64,000 nucleotides of DNA from an uncultured Methanosarcinales archaeon (GCA_964637115.1 CAZWVL010000002.1:64001-128000), one strand, 5' to 3'. Numbered from the stretch's first letter, positions 9,071 to 19,076 are shown. The notes: a model not told the origin generated them from the letters alone. Made by a program: numbers and translations.

Positions 9071-9787
9071 ATGGGGGGCAGATATATCTTCATTTTATTT
9101 CTTATTTTCCTCGTAGCCTGCCAGCCATATATCCAGACAGTGCCTACGTCTCAACATCAAGGTGCAGTTGTTGTAGAACTTTCTGAAGCACAAACAGATT
9201 TGTGCGAAAACGTCACGTGTTCAGATGGTCAAGTCTGCAAAGATGGAAAGTGCGAATGCCAGAATGGCAAAAAATTGTGTGGCAATGAATGCATCGACAG
9301 TAAAGATTGCTGCAGCGGTAAAGACTGTGCTTCAGGAATCTGTGATGAAGGCGTCTGCGGTGAAGCGCCAGACTGCAGATACGGTGAAATTTTGAAAAAT
9401 GGCAAGTGCCAGTGCGCTGCTGATAAACTATACTGCAAAGAGCAAGACAAATGCATTGGCAGAAATGATTGCTGCGTGCACAGCCAGTGCGAAAGATTTG
9501 AAAGATGTGTGGAAACCAATTACCGCGTTTCACTCTGTGCAAAAGTTGACGAAAAAAAGATTTGCAAAATTGTTGCAGACAGAAACAGAACAGAGCTGTA
9601 TGAGATAAAAGAAAATACGTTCACAGTCGAGCCGCTTAGCTGGCTCAGTGATGGTAGTGTTGAATTAAACGTAAGCAATGAAACCATCCGCCTTGCAGGA
9701 AACGTAACAACGCAATACGGAAATGTGACGCTCTTCCAAGAAGGAATTGAAGTAACCGGCGGATTCTGCAAAGAAGATGAAGATTAA
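9071..9787 (+). CDS. Cysteine-rich lipoprotein
   Basis: Lipobox FLVAC, followed by about 30 Cys in repeated CxxxxC/CC modules and a beta-rich C-terminus. Confidence 0.75.
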   Translation: MGGRYIFILFLIFLVACQPYIQTVPTSQHQGAVVVELSEAQTDLCENVTCSDGQVCKDGKCECQNGKKLCGNECIDSKDCCSGKDCASGICDEGVCGEAPDCRYGEILKNGKCQCAADKLYCKEQDKCIGRNDCCVHSQCERFERCVETNYRVSLCAKVDEKKICKIVADRNRTELYEIKENTFTVEPLSWLSDGSVELNVSNETIRLAGNVTTQYGNVTLFQEGIEVTGGFCKEDED

Positions 9788-9793
9788 TTCTTA

Positions 9794-9866
9794 TAGCCCT
9801 GGGCGGATTCGAACCGCCGTCACAGGAGTCAGAGTCCCGTATACTTGACCGCTATACGACAGGGCT
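9794..9866 (-). tRNA. tRNA-Gln(CTG)
   Basis: Cloverleaf on the minus strand: acceptor AGCCCTG/CAGGGCT, anticodon arm CGGGA-CT-CTG-AC-TCCTG, T-loop GGTTCGAATCC. Confidence 0.95.
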
Positions 9867-9891
9867 GTTGCTTGGAAAACGCCAAACACTG

Positions 9892-10269
9892 CTATTTAAA
9901 CTTTGCCTGCATCTTAGTGTATTTCAAAACGTCTTCAGAACGGAGCAATAAAGACACGGCAAGATAAGGCTCAACTTTCGTTAGCAGACCCTGGAAGTGT
10001 TTTTCTCCGCGTTCAGTAAGTTTTAATGATCTGCTGTCATAAGAAATGAGTTTTTTTGATTCCAAATCTTCCAAGTTCTTGTACATCGCGCGTTCGCCCT
10101 TGCTAACCATTCCGGCAGCACGGGCAAGCTCGATAAAAGATTTCTTGGACATTTGCACAACAAGCGGTTTACCTGCAAAACGCCTATCACACTCCTCATA
10201 ACAACGCCCCAGCGCGAACAGGACAAACGCCTGCGGCTTTGACAACCCCATACCAGAAATAGTGCTCAT
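9892..10269 (-). CDS. Putative winged-helix protein
   Basis: KGERAMYKNLEDLESKKLISYDSRSLKLTERG is a wHTH-like segment. Confidence 0.6.
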   Translation of the reverse strand: MSTISGMGLSKPQAFVLFALGRCYEECDRRFAGKPLVVQMSKKSFIELARAAGMVSKGERAMYKNLEDLESKKLISYDSRSLKLTERGEKHFQGLLTKVEPYLAVSLLLRSEDVLKYTKMQAKFK

Positions 10270-10725
10270 TTAACTTATAAATCTTGCTGCCAACCAGATG
10301 CTGATGCCGCCAATGATAACGCCCAAAATCAATCCGCCAAGAACATCATTTACGTCATGACGCTTCGTCATAACTCGCGATACAGCAACTGCAACAGCAG
10401 CCAATGCAAACAAAGGCGTGAGCCAGAAGTTCTCAAAAAATGCGCTTAAAATAGTGGCCAGCACAGCGGCACGCATTGCGTGAAGACTGGGAAAGCTTGA
10501 CGCGTCAATCTTTTCAACAATGTTTCTGTATGTTTGTTTGTCAGGACGCCTTTTGAAATAAACAAGACGAATAAAAAAAGTGACTGCATAAGCAAGAATC
10601 AGACCAATAATCAGTTGATATGCAAGTGCATTTTTCTGCAGCAGGAAAGATATGACAATAATAACTACAAAGAACGGAACGCCGCTCAGTCCCTTGATGT
10701 CCTGCCACAATTCTTCTTTGTACAT
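10270..10725 (-). CDS. PAP2 family membrane phosphatase
   Basis: Start revised to MYKEELW because the longer ORF runs into the tRNA. Motifs KRRP, SFPSLH and SRVMTKRHDVNDV; several TM helices. Confidence 0.9.
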   Translation of the reverse strand: MYKEELWQDIKGLSGVPFFVVIIVISFLLQKNALAYQLIIGLILAYAVTFFIRLVYFKRRPDKQTYRNIVEKIDASSFPSLHAMRAAVLATILSAFFENFWLTPLFALAAVAVAVSRVMTKRHDVNDVLGGLILGVIIGGISIWLAARFIS

Positions 10726-10737
10726 ATAGCCTCGACA

Positions 10738-10810
10738 TAGCCCCGACCGGATTCGAACCGGTGTCAACGGGTCCAAAGCCCGCTATACTTGACCGCTGTA
10801 CGACGGGGCT
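10738..10810 (-). tRNA. tRNA-Gln(TTG)
   Basis: Cloverleaf with anticodon arm GCGGG-CT-TTG-GA-CCCGT and T-loop GGTTCGAATCC. Confidence 0.95.
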
Positions 10811-10840
10811 GTATAGTACACAGAAAGCCCCGACAGTAAC

Positions 10841-11602
10841 TTATAAAGATTTCTGCTGTTTAAGTGCTTCTTCTTCAAGAAAATGCAGACTTCCCGGCAC
10901 AATTAACGCGTGCGGGGCAGGACCAAAGTCAGCATCTGAGACTTGTGTAACAGTGCCCGCAACAATCTTCTGGTCTTTTGCGCCCAAGCGGGCAACGCCA
11001 ACACACCAGTCTTTCGGCATGAAAACACCTTCTTTGCGGTTTCTTTCAATTTTTCTGAGGACTTCGATAGCTTCATTGACTGACATAAATTTATCATTTT
11101 CTGGGTCGAGATCGAGAAGAACTAATGTGTGCGCGCCAATAGACTTGTTTTCCTTGATGACATTATAGAAAGTTTCTGGCTCAAAATTTTCTCTTGGAAA
11201 CGGAATGCTGGTAGTTTTTCCAAACTTGTAAACTTGGAGACCTGTGGAGCCAATAGCGTTAATGACTGAAGCATTATGAATAACTTCGGTCTTAATTTTC
11301 TGTTCTTTTGCTCTCTGCAGAATATCCCAATGAGTTGTTGCGCACAAAGGATCCCCGATAATCAAGAGTGCAACATCCTGTTTTTTTGCCTCAGCAAGAA
11401 TCTGGGAGGCATCTTCAACTAGCTGACGATTTGCTAATTCAATCTTCTTGCCATATAGCTTTTCGAGATCTTTCACGCTGCAGGCGAGTTTTGAAGTGTA
11501 TGATTCCAGGTAGAGCTTGCCGCATTTCTTCACTACTTCCAGACCTTTCACAGTAATGTCTTTCTCGTCTGAAAGGCCGAGGCCGATTAGGTAGAGTGTC
11601 AT
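10841..11602 (-). CDS. dph5: Diphthine synthase
   Basis: LYLIGLGLSDEKDITVKGLE, LESYTS, IIGDPLCATTH, GLQVYKFGKTTSIPF, HTLVLLDL and PHALIVPGSLH. Confidence 0.95.
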   Translation of the reverse strand: MTLYLIGLGLSDEKDITVKGLEVVKKCGKLYLESYTSKLACSVKDLEKLYGKKIELANRQLVEDASQILAEAKKQDVALLIIGDPLCATTHWDILQRAKEQKIKTEVIHNASVINAIGSTGLQVYKFGKTTSIPFPRENFEPETFYNVIKENKSIGAHTLVLLDLDPENDKFMSVNEAIEVLRKIERNRKEGVFMPKDWCVGVARLGAKDQKIVAGTVTQVSDADFGPAPHALIVPGSLHFLEEEALKQQKSL

Positions 11603-11691
11603 ATGAGAAAAATGCCTATTGGCCGTTTAAAAACATTACTGAAAATGTCGGCAATTCACATTGTCGAGCACCTTTTCTCGCTATCGCTCAA

Positions 11692-11800
11692 AAAGGAAAG
11701 AAAAAAAGAACCCCCCCAACCGGGAGGGCCAAGGGTCTTATTGCCTTCAAGCTGCGCGTTAGCGCATGGGGGTGGTATGAATGAAGGCAGAGAAACACCC
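11692..11800 (-). terminator. GC-rich structured 3' element and terminator-like hairpin with U-tract after ftsZ2
   Basis: On the minus strand TGCCTTCA/TGAAGGCA encloses TGCGC-TAAC-GCGCA. A CCCTCC/GGGGGG hairpin and TTCTTTTTTTCTTT follow. Confidence 0.5.
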
Positions 11801-11806
11801 GAGATC

Positions 11807-12874
11807 TTAACGGATGATTTCGATGCCTAATTCGTCACTAACCTGACGAGCGGCAACCGAATGCCTATCCGGCGTTGACTTGCCAACAATGCTTGTGCTC
11901 TTCACGCCAGTGATGATAGTCATAACCATCAATTTGCCCTTCATGTCATCTGAGACTCTTGCGCCCCAGATAACGTTTGCATCCTCGTCCAAGGATTCGG
12001 TAACAAGCTCACCAACATGGTTGATTTCTTCCAACGTCATGTCAGGACCGCCCCAGACGTGAATCAAGGCACCTGTTGCGCCAGTGTAGTTTATGTCAAG
12101 CAATGGGTTTTCCAAAGCGCCTTTGCAGGCTTCTTCAACTCTGTTTGTAGTATCTGAGCTTCCAACACCAATGGCTGCAACGCCGCCGTTGGTCATGATG
12201 GCTTTTACGTCTGCAAAGTCCAAGTTGACCAATGAAGGAATTGCAATAGTTTCAACAATTCCCTTAATCATTGTGGCAACAAGTTCGTTTGCAACAGCAA
12301 ATGCCTGCTGAACCGGCAGATTACCTGCAATCTGAACCAATCTGTTGTTGTCGATAACAATAACAGTGTCAGAAGCCTTCCTTAATTGTTCAAGCCCGTG
12401 CTCGGCCTTCTCGATTCTTGCACGTTCAATGTTGAAAGGCATTGTAACAGTACCAATCACAATTGCACCCATGTCCTTGCACAATTGTGCGGTAACAGGA
12501 GCAGAACCAGTACCAGTTCCGCCACCCATACCTGCGCATACAAACACCATGTCCGCACCCTTCAGGGCAGTTTTCAACTCAGTAATAGATTCCTGAGCAG
12601 CTTCAGCCCCTTTCTGCGGGAAGCCTCCACAGCCAAGACCTCTTGTCAATTCTTTTCCGATGATGAACTTCTTATCAGCTTCACTAATCTTCAAATGCTG
12701 ATGATCTGTGTTGACTGCAATAATTTCTGCGCCCTTAATTCCGCGCTTGTAGAGCCAGGTAACCATATTGTTGCCTGCCCCACCGCAACCAATAACCTTG
12801 ATATTTGCCTGACCAACAGCCAGACCCTCAAAAGTAGTTTCGTTTTTTTGCGCGTTTTCAACCAAAAATTCCAT
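11807..12874 (-). CDS. ftsZ2: Cell division protein FtsZ (FtsZ2 clade)
   Basis: [32 protein letters not shown] and IIWGAR-like motifs. It is not in the secE-spt5 cluster. Confidence 0.95.
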   Translation of the reverse strand: MEFLVENAQKNETTFEGLAVGQANIKVIGCGGAGNNMVTWLYKRGIKGAEIIAVNTDHQHLKISEADKKFIIGKELTRGLGCGGFPQKGAEAAQESITELKTALKGADMVFVCAGMGGGTGTGSAPVTAQLCKDMGAIVIGTVTMPFNIERARIEKAEHGLEQLRKASDTVIVIDNNRLVQIAGNLPVQQAFAVANELVATMIKGIVETIAIPSLVNLDFADVKAIMTNGGVAAIGVGSSDTTNRVEEACKGALENPLLDINYTGATGALIHVWGGPDMTLEEINHVGELVTESLDEDANVIWGARVSDDMKGKLMVMTIITGVKSTSIVGKSTPDRHSVAARQVSDELGIEIIR

Positions 12875-13289
12875 GTTTTTTATCCCCCCGTTTTGCGGTG
12901 TGTGTTTTACTCCCCCCTGGTAACAGATAAAAATTAAATATAGGGAGCACTAACTGCTATCCAGAAGGTGTTGTAATCGCGCCAACGATTTTAACATCTA
13001 GTTTAACAGAACAAATACATTATACGAACGATGCGTCCAAGTCGTCGCCAAACGATTTGAACACGCCAAAACCATATACCAACTTTCCGCCAAGAAAGTT
13101 ATTAATTTTTCTTTCAGCTTTATGGCATTTATAAACATTGCTATGAAGGAAACTATGTATTGCAGTGGTGAAGTATTGAAAAAAATTCTTTATTGACGAT
13201 AAAAAGCTCAGAAAAAAGTGTTGCTACTCTGATGTGAAAAATTCATTTTTCGTCACCTGTGGCAGATGATATCGACGAGAATTGAGAAA

Positions 13290-13922
13290 TTATTGCTGCA
13301 TTCTTCTCGCAAAACCTTTTACTAATTCCTTGCCTTTCTTGATGGCTTTTTGCACGTGCTCGCCATACCATTCATAATATGCAGCAAGGTCCTTTATCCT
13401 GTTGCCCCAGCCTTCAATGTAAGTAACATTTTCCATCGTGTAACGCAACGGCATAGGAACTTTCTCATCAGGATAACCAAGAGGAACAATTGCCTGAACA
13501 AAGACATCGTCAGGAATGTTGAAAATTCGTTTGATTGCCTCATCCTCAAATGCTCCAATCCAGCAGCTGCCCAAACCTTCAGCATGAGCTGCAAGCAGCA
13601 TGTTCTGGACAACAGCAGCACCATTCTGAATGCTGTACTTTTCACCTGACCTGCCATAAAAACGTTTGGTTCTTTCAGGCTCAGTGCAGACTATGATAAT
13701 AATGGGAGCGGTTGCAAGCCAATACTGCTCGACACAAGCTTTTGCCACTTCCTGCCGCATTTTTTCCTCTGTAACGAGAATGAATTTCCAATCCTGCAAG
13801 TTGCCCGCGCTTGGAGCAAACCTGCCTGCATCCAGAACATTGCCTACTTTTTCAAACTCAACAGGAATGTCCAAGAATTTACGAATACTCCTTCTCGTTG
13901 CAATGCACTCAAGCGCGTCCAT
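13290..13922 (-). CDS. Nitroreductase family flavoprotein
   Basis: RRSIRKF, APSAGNLQDW and QNMLLAAHAEGLGSCWIGAF. Confidence 0.92.
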   Translation of the reverse strand: MDALECIATRRSIRKFLDIPVEFEKVGNVLDAGRFAPSAGNLQDWKFILVTEEKMRQEVAKACVEQYWLATAPIIIIVCTEPERTKRFYGRSGEKYSIQNGAAVVQNMLLAAHAEGLGSCWIGAFEDEAIKRIFNIPDDVFVQAIVPLGYPDEKVPMPLRYTMENVTYIEGWGNRIKDLAAYYEWYGEHVQKAIKKGKELVKGFARRMQQ

Positions 13923-13988
13923 TATGTTCCTCTTTTTGCACGATAAACGGTTATACCATATTTAAACTTTTGTAGAAGAGAAAAAAAG

Positions 13989-14489
13989 CTACTTCTGCGC
14001 TGCCTTCATGGCAGCTTCTGCCTGCTTCATCATCTCGCTCATATCCTGGAATTGGACATCTGAGGGCGGAGTAAACATCGACTCGTCAAAGCTAGCAGTT
14101 TCGCACTTGACATTCTGCTGAGCAGCAACGATTTCTTCCTGCGTCTTTGGCCTTAGTTGCTGGCCTGCCTGTTGAGACAAACGCTTGACTTCTTCCATTT
14201 TCATCATCATACCTTCGGTGCCTTTCCACGTGTACATCGTGTCTTCTGTGTAGATGCCGTGAGCATCGGCAGGCAGGGTATCCATGCGCATCTTGCTGCC
14301 CTTCATATGGATAGTAACACGCTGGTCAGCTTGTTCAGAGACGCACTTAACCGGCTTGCCTAATTTCGTCGCCATAGCTATGTCAACAACTTCTGCTTTT
14401 GCTATTGGTTCAGGTGCTGTTTCCTGCTTCACTGCAGGCTTTGCACACGCGATCAAGAATATCATCAAAACGAAAATCTGCCATTTCAT
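13989..14489 (-). CDS. Hypothetical lipoprotein
   Basis: Lipobox FLIAC, a beta-rich core and the C-terminal FDESMFTPPSDVQFQD typical of LolA/DUF4412-like folds. Confidence 0.65.
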   Translation of the reverse strand: MKWQIFVLMIFLIACAKPAVKQETAPEPIAKAEVVDIAMATKLGKPVKCVSEQADQRVTIHMKGSKMRMDTLPADAHGIYTEDTMYTWKGTEGMMMKMEEVKRLSQQAGQQLRPKTQEEIVAAQQNVKCETASFDESMFTPPSDVQFQDMSEMMKQAEAAMKAAQK

Positions 14490-16258
14490 TATTGTTCACC
14501 TCTTCCACGCTGACTTCCAGCTAATACGGCAACATCTTCCACTGTATTAATATCTTCCGATGAACGATCAGTTCTGAGTTTGACTAATCTTGGAAAGCGA
14601 AGCGCAAAACCGGACGAATATGTCGGCGATTTCTGAATTTCCTCATAATCAACTTCTATGACAATTTCAGGGCGAACTTTTACTTCTTTTCCTTTTTCCT
14701 CGATAATCAAAGGCTGCAGGAGTTGTGTGAGCTGCTCGAAACTTACACCCTCCTCAACTTTTTCCTTAATGCCTGTGCCAACTCTGCCGATTTCAACAAA
14801 ACTATTTGTTTCAGGATCCCTGATTGCAATAACAAATGATGAAAGCCAGCTGCTTCGCTTGCCCTCACCCCATTCAGCACCAACAATAACTACTTCCAAA
14901 GTATCCATGGTAGGCTTGACCTTAACACCAAAGCCGACACGAGAACCAGGCTTATAGATGCCCTGCAAATTCTTTGCCATAACGCCTTCATTGCCCGCTT
15001 CCAGTGAATCTTTGTAAAATTTTTCAGCAACTGCATCATCATCAGTTATCACCTGTTCTGCCATCTTCAGCTCGTGCTTAAGTTCGGTTATAATCTTCTT
15101 CATAACATTTCTGCGTTCAATGAAAGGAGTTTTAAGAAGACTTCTGCCTTCGTAGAACAAGACATCAAACACGTTGACTTCAACCGGAAATTTCTCGGCA
15201 ATCTCCTGGATGTCATATTTTCTTTTGATACGCTGGCTGATACTTTGAAATGGCAGGTATTTTTTTGTCTTCTGGTCAATACCAACAACTTCGGCGTCAA
15301 TAATGAAGTTGTCTCCTTTAACCTGTTTTGCAATCTTTTTCACCACGTCAGGAAACTGGGCAGTCACATCTTCCAAGCGGCGCGTGTATAATGTCAACCT
15401 GCCATTATGCCTGTGAATTTGCAAACGGAAACCATCATACTTCTGCTCGAAAGCAGCAGGCTTGCCAACGGTTACAAATGCATCTGCAATGTTCTTTGCT
15501 TTCTGGAAAAGCATTACTTTCACAGGCTTGCCAGGCAGCAATGTGATATTTTGCAAGCCAGGTTCGCCTTTTTCTTTAGCAACTCTGGCCACATCAGCAA
15601 AATCATTGGCAACATCCAAAGCTTCCTGGACTAAAGTAACATATTTATCGTAATTAATTCTTTCTTCCTCAGAGAGCGTTAGATCATTTGTTGTCTTGTC
15701 ATATTTCACGCCTGCCTTGTCAGCAAAAAAAGCCCAGACAATCGCATCTCTTATTGTTCCTTCACCAAGGCCGACTCTCAATTCTCCTAAAATAGTGCGA
15801 ATAATATATTTTGATTCATTTGGCTTTGCACTAGTCATTAATTCTGCAACCAATTGAACTTTCCTGTCAACAGTGCCAGCACCTTCCATCTCTGAAATTT
15901 TTCTTAAGTTTTCAAAGACTTTCTGAACAGTTAATGGCTGGGAGAATAATGTGGCTTGGGATTTTTTTGTTGTCAATTCTGCTGCAACATTGCCTAAATC
16001 TCCTGTTGTTTTCCAGACAGCCTCAATTTTTTCCAAAGACGCGCCAGTAGCAGTTGAAATCGCTTTCAGCAGTAATCTAGAAGCCATTCCCAGCTCGCGC
16101 TGGTCCCAATTCGGAAACAATCTTCCTTGAACCAGCAGCAGGACTTTGTCAAGGTCATCTGCAGACTTCAAAAATTCTGAAAGTATGAATGTTTTTTCAA
16201 GCCGTTTTGTAGTAGCTTCAAGACGTTCGTATACCTCTACCAATACCTCGTACTTCAT
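14489..16258 (-). CDS. lig: ATP-dependent DNA ligase
   Basis: Motif I EQKYDGFRLQ, IIDAEV, VNVFDVL, EGVMAK, EVDYEEIQKSP and ALRFPR. Confidence 0.97.
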   Translation of the reverse strand: MKYEVLVEVYERLEATTKRLEKTFILSEFLKSADDLDKVLLLVQGRLFPNWDQRELGMASRLLLKAISTATGASLEKIEAVWKTTGDLGNVAAELTTKKSQATLFSQPLTVQKVFENLRKISEMEGAGTVDRKVQLVAELMTSAKPNESKYIIRTILGELRVGLGEGTIRDAIVWAFFADKAGVKYDKTTNDLTLSEEERINYDKYVTLVQEALDVANDFADVARVAKEKGEPGLQNITLLPGKPVKVMLFQKAKNIADAFVTVGKPAAFEQKYDGFRLQIHRHNGRLTLYTRRLEDVTAQFPDVVKKIAKQVKGDNFIIDAEVVGIDQKTKKYLPFQSISQRIKRKYDIQEIAEKFPVEVNVFDVLFYEGRSLLKTPFIERRNVMKKIITELKHELKMAEQVITDDDAVAEKFYKDSLEAGNEGVMAKNLQGIYKPGSRVGFGVKVKPTMDTLEVVIVGAEWGEGKRSSWLSSFVIAIRDPETNSFVEIGRVGTGIKEKVEEGVSFEQLTQLLQPLIIEEKGKEVKVRPEIVIEVDYEEIQKSPTYSSGFALRFPRLVKLRTDRSSEDINTVEDVAVLAGSQRGRGEQ

Positions 16259-16291
16259 TCTTTAGACGGAGAAAATGAGAGTATATATTGC

Positions 16292-17206
16292 TTACGCAGC
16301 AGCCTTGCCGCTGTAGCCACTGCCTTTGCCTGCACCAAAGTTGCCTTTGATGACGTTTCCGTTGTAGTTCTTGTCATTATACGTTGCTGCAGTTTTGCCC
16401 ATCTTTGGAGAAACGTAAGTTCCCAAACTCGCGTAATTTGAAGTAACTTTACCTGCCCTGTCGCTTGCAATTGCTGCCAAATCCTTATCGCCCCTTGCAG
16501 TAAAGTATTCTTTCAATGTATGCTCGACATCTAATTCAGCAGCAATATGGTCAAAGTACTTTCCTTTCTGAGAAGCGTGCACAAACTCGTGCGCCATCAC
16601 ATAGCTAATTGCGCGCTGTTTTGAAATGCCATAATTTCCTGCAAATGCGGATATTTTCTTGTCAAAGTTTTTGTCACCAATCAACGCTGCTTCATTTCCC
16701 TGAATTGCTAAAGCTGCAATCGCGCCTTCCAAATTTTGAGTTCCAATTTTGGTAATCTCATAAAAGTCACGATTTTTACTTTTCAAATGCGCATACAACT
16801 CTCTTCCCTCGCCTATCAAATACTGCTTTGCAATATCTGCAAAAGAGCCAGAATATTGTGATTTGAGGCTCTTGCCGCCAGATGCAGTGTCGCGCTTGAA
16901 ATTATAGCCGCTCTTTGGCCCAACTTTTTTCTCAACCTCATAACGCTGCTCTGCAATCCAGCCTTGCAGGTCATCACTCTGCTTTGCCATCCGTTCAAGC
17001 ACTTGATTGCCGGTTTCATACGTCTGAGAATCAGCACGATAGGCTCCGGATTCTCCTTTGTAAATAGAAGGATCAAGTTTTACTGTTGCTTTTTCAAAGA
17101 ATTCCTTATGCTGCTGTTTAGTCAGGGGTTTGTCTATCGAGAGAAAATCCCATTTGTTTTTTGTCTCTCTTACAATATCATCTACTGTTTGTGACTTTGC
17201 TGTCAT
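16292..17206 (-). CDS. Hypothetical protein with an HEXXH zinc-metallopeptidase motif
   Basis: YVMAHEFVHASQ with a downstream Glu (AAELD); no signal peptide. Confidence 0.55.
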   Translation of the reverse strand: MTAKSQTVDDIVRETKNKWDFLSIDKPLTKQQHKEFFEKATVKLDPSIYKGESGAYRADSQTYETGNQVLERMAKQSDDLQGWIAEQRYEVEKKVGPKSGYNFKRDTASGGKSLKSQYSGSFADIAKQYLIGEGRELYAHLKSKNRDFYEITKIGTQNLEGAIAALAIQGNEAALIGDKNFDKKISAFAGNYGISKQRAISYVMAHEFVHASQKGKYFDHIAAELDVEHTLKEYFTARGDKDLAAIASDRAGKVTSNYASLGTYVSPKMGKTAATYNDKNYNGNVIKGNFGAGKGSGYSGKAAA

Positions 17207-17315
17207 AATTTAACGTATTAAGACGTTGAACGATAAAAAGTTTGGTGACAAAAAAGTCAGTTTTTTAATTACATTTATAAATGGAAAACAACAGGATAAC
17301 CTAAAAAGTGTTGGT

Positions 17316-19076
17316 ATGGATCGGAAAGCTGAAGTTACGGTTTTGATAATGGTGCTGGTTGTAGCAGCTATAGCCGGCACGCTTGCATTAATAGGCAAAG
17401 AAAAAGAATCAGCTACGCCAACGGGCTACGTGCCTGCTCCCGAAGAACAAGCACTCGATTATTTGCCGGCTGAGCAACAAATACCTGAATATGATGTCGA
17501 AGAGCAACCAGCAAGTTCTGCCTCTACTCCACAAGAACAGAACCAAAAATCTGCACCAATCACCGGATATGCACCATTTGGAATAAACACTTGCGCTTCT
17601 CCCTGTATTACAAATTCAGACTGCAGTGTAGATGAATCGTGCAACAGCGGTTGTTGTGAACCAATACCTTGCGTCACAGATACAGATTGTCCTTATCCTT
17701 GTTCAACAGTTACTGGTTTCAGTCTTGCATTTTGCAATTCTTGTGTAGACGGTTTCTGCAAAGACCCGTGCAGTTGCGGCTTTAAGCTATGCACAGTTAA
17801 TGCAGATTGCCCGGCTGCTCAGGGCTTCACAGGTTGCGTTAGTGGGCAATGCACATGTGGAGTCAACGGTCCGTGTCCTGCGTCAGGTGTTGGTAATGCA
17901 CAAAAGTTATTTTGTATTGACAATGGTGGCACCTTTTGTCCACCATCAGTGGCAGCAAACTGCAATTGTCGCGATTGCAGTTCAGACATCTGTGGTACGA
18001 GTTGCCGATCTTCGATACCATGCAGCGTCAACAGCGACTGCCCCTTACGCAGGCCCGTTTGCTGTGATGGAGAATGTACTGCAGGCGATGCAACGCTTAG
18101 TGTTTGCCATAGGCAATGCAATACTGCGAATTTCCAATGCCAGCCTGGAGCATCACCTTCATGTCTAACTCCAACTCCGACTTCTACGCCGACGTCAACT
18201 CCGACGAGCACGCCAACTTCAACTCCGACTTCTACGCCGACTGAAACTCCTACTTCAACGCCTACTGAAACGCCTACGTCTACTCCGACAGAGACTCCTA
18301 CTTCGACACCTACTGAAACGCCTACGTCGACTCCTACAGAGACTCCGACAAACACTCCGACTGCTACCCCTACAAATACGCCGACTTTAACTCCTACGAA
18401 TACTCCTACTTCAACGCCGACAAATACTCCCACTTCAACTCCTACGAATACTCCTACTTCAACGCCAACAAGCACTCCGACTTCTACTCCGACTTCAACG
18501 CCGACAAGAACTCCGACTAGTACTCCAACTTCAACGCCGACAAGTACACCTACTTCAACACCAACTTCGACTCCTACTCCAGTTCCACCGCCAACTGTAG
18601 GAGCACCAGGTGCAGGTGGTGGAAGCAACAAATTTGTCACCTACAGTCCCAATTACTGCAGTTGTGTTACTCCTGAAGGCAGGTATGAACCAGAAGGATG
18701 TACTATTCGTCCAAGCATGCGCGGCAATCATCCGCTGTGTTCACGTGCATCGCCAGGAACAGCGGTGGCAGTTGCAGCAGAGCCTTCTAAGCCCAAGCCA
18801 CCACGGGAGCAAGCACCAGAACAAAATGTAGCGCCACCAGAACAAAATGTGGTATTGCCAGAAATTATAGAGCAGCTACCACCATACCGGCCGATTGAAA
18901 GTGCTGTGACAGAAGAAATAGATACGCAAGACTCATCTGTAACAGCAGCTTTGTTGATTATCCTGCTAATATTGGCTGCTCTTGGCTATTTTTACCGCCA
19001 AGAAATAATGGCGCTGTTTAAGCACAAGGCTTCAAAATCACACAAAAAAACAAGCGGTAAAGTAAAGACAAAGTAA
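17316..19076 (+). CDS. Cys-rich, Pro/Thr-repeat (mucin-like) membrane-anchored surface protein
   Basis: Start revised to MDRKAEV. It has an N-terminal hydrophobic helix, CxxxxDC repeats, a stalk of about 140 aa of PT(S/E/N)T, a second Cys module, and a C-terminal TM helix with a basic tail. Confidence 0.85.
   Translation: MDRKAEVTVLIMVLVVAAIAGTLALIGKEKESATPTGYVPAPEEQALDYLPAEQQIPEYDVEEQPASSASTPQEQNQKSAPITGYAPFGINTCASPCITNSDCSVDESCNSGCCEPIPCVTDTDCPYPCSTVTGFSLAFCNSCVDGFCKDPCSCGFKLCTVNADCPAAQGFTGCVSGQCTCGVNGPCPASGVGNAQKLFCIDNGGTFCPPSVAANCNCRDCSSDICGTSCRSSIPCSVNSDCPLRRPVCCDGECTAGDATLSVCHRQCNTANFQCQPGASPSCLTPTPTSTPTSTPTSTPTSTPTSTPTETPTSTPTETPTSTPTETPTSTPTETPTSTPTETPTNTPTATPTNTPTLTPTNTPTSTPTNTPTSTPTNTPTSTPTSTPTSTPTSTPTRTPTSTPTSTPTSTPTSTPTSTPTPVPPPTVGAPGAGGGSNKFVTYSPNYCSCVTPEGRYEPEGCTIRPSMRGNHPLCSRASPGTAVAVAAEPSKPKPPREQAPEQNVAPPEQNVVLPEIIEQLPPYRPIESAVTEEIDTQDSSVTAALLIILLILAALGYFYRQEIMALFKHKASKSHKKTSGKVKTK
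18168..18596 (+). repeat. Degenerate 12-bp coding tandem repeat ([12 protein letters not shown])
   Basis: About 35 tetrapeptide units with synonymous codon variation and no unique spacers. Confidence 0.9.

Noticed and set aside
11603-11830. 75-aa and 62-aa plus-strand ORFs between dph5 and ftsZ2
   Set aside because: They have no recognisable motif, overlap the ftsZ2 end, cover the dph5 promoter zone and run through a hairpin/poly-A tract better explained as RNA structure.
18168-18596. Tandem repeats as a possible CRISPR array or VNTR-type ncRNA
   Set aside because: The units are 12 bp, in frame, vary at synonymous positions and have no unique spacers. They encode the PT stalk, and no cas genes are present.
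17819-18640. 273-aa minus-strand ORF (GVEV repeats)
   Set aside because: It is the antisense shadow of the Pro/Thr repeat, which lacks stops on the other strand.
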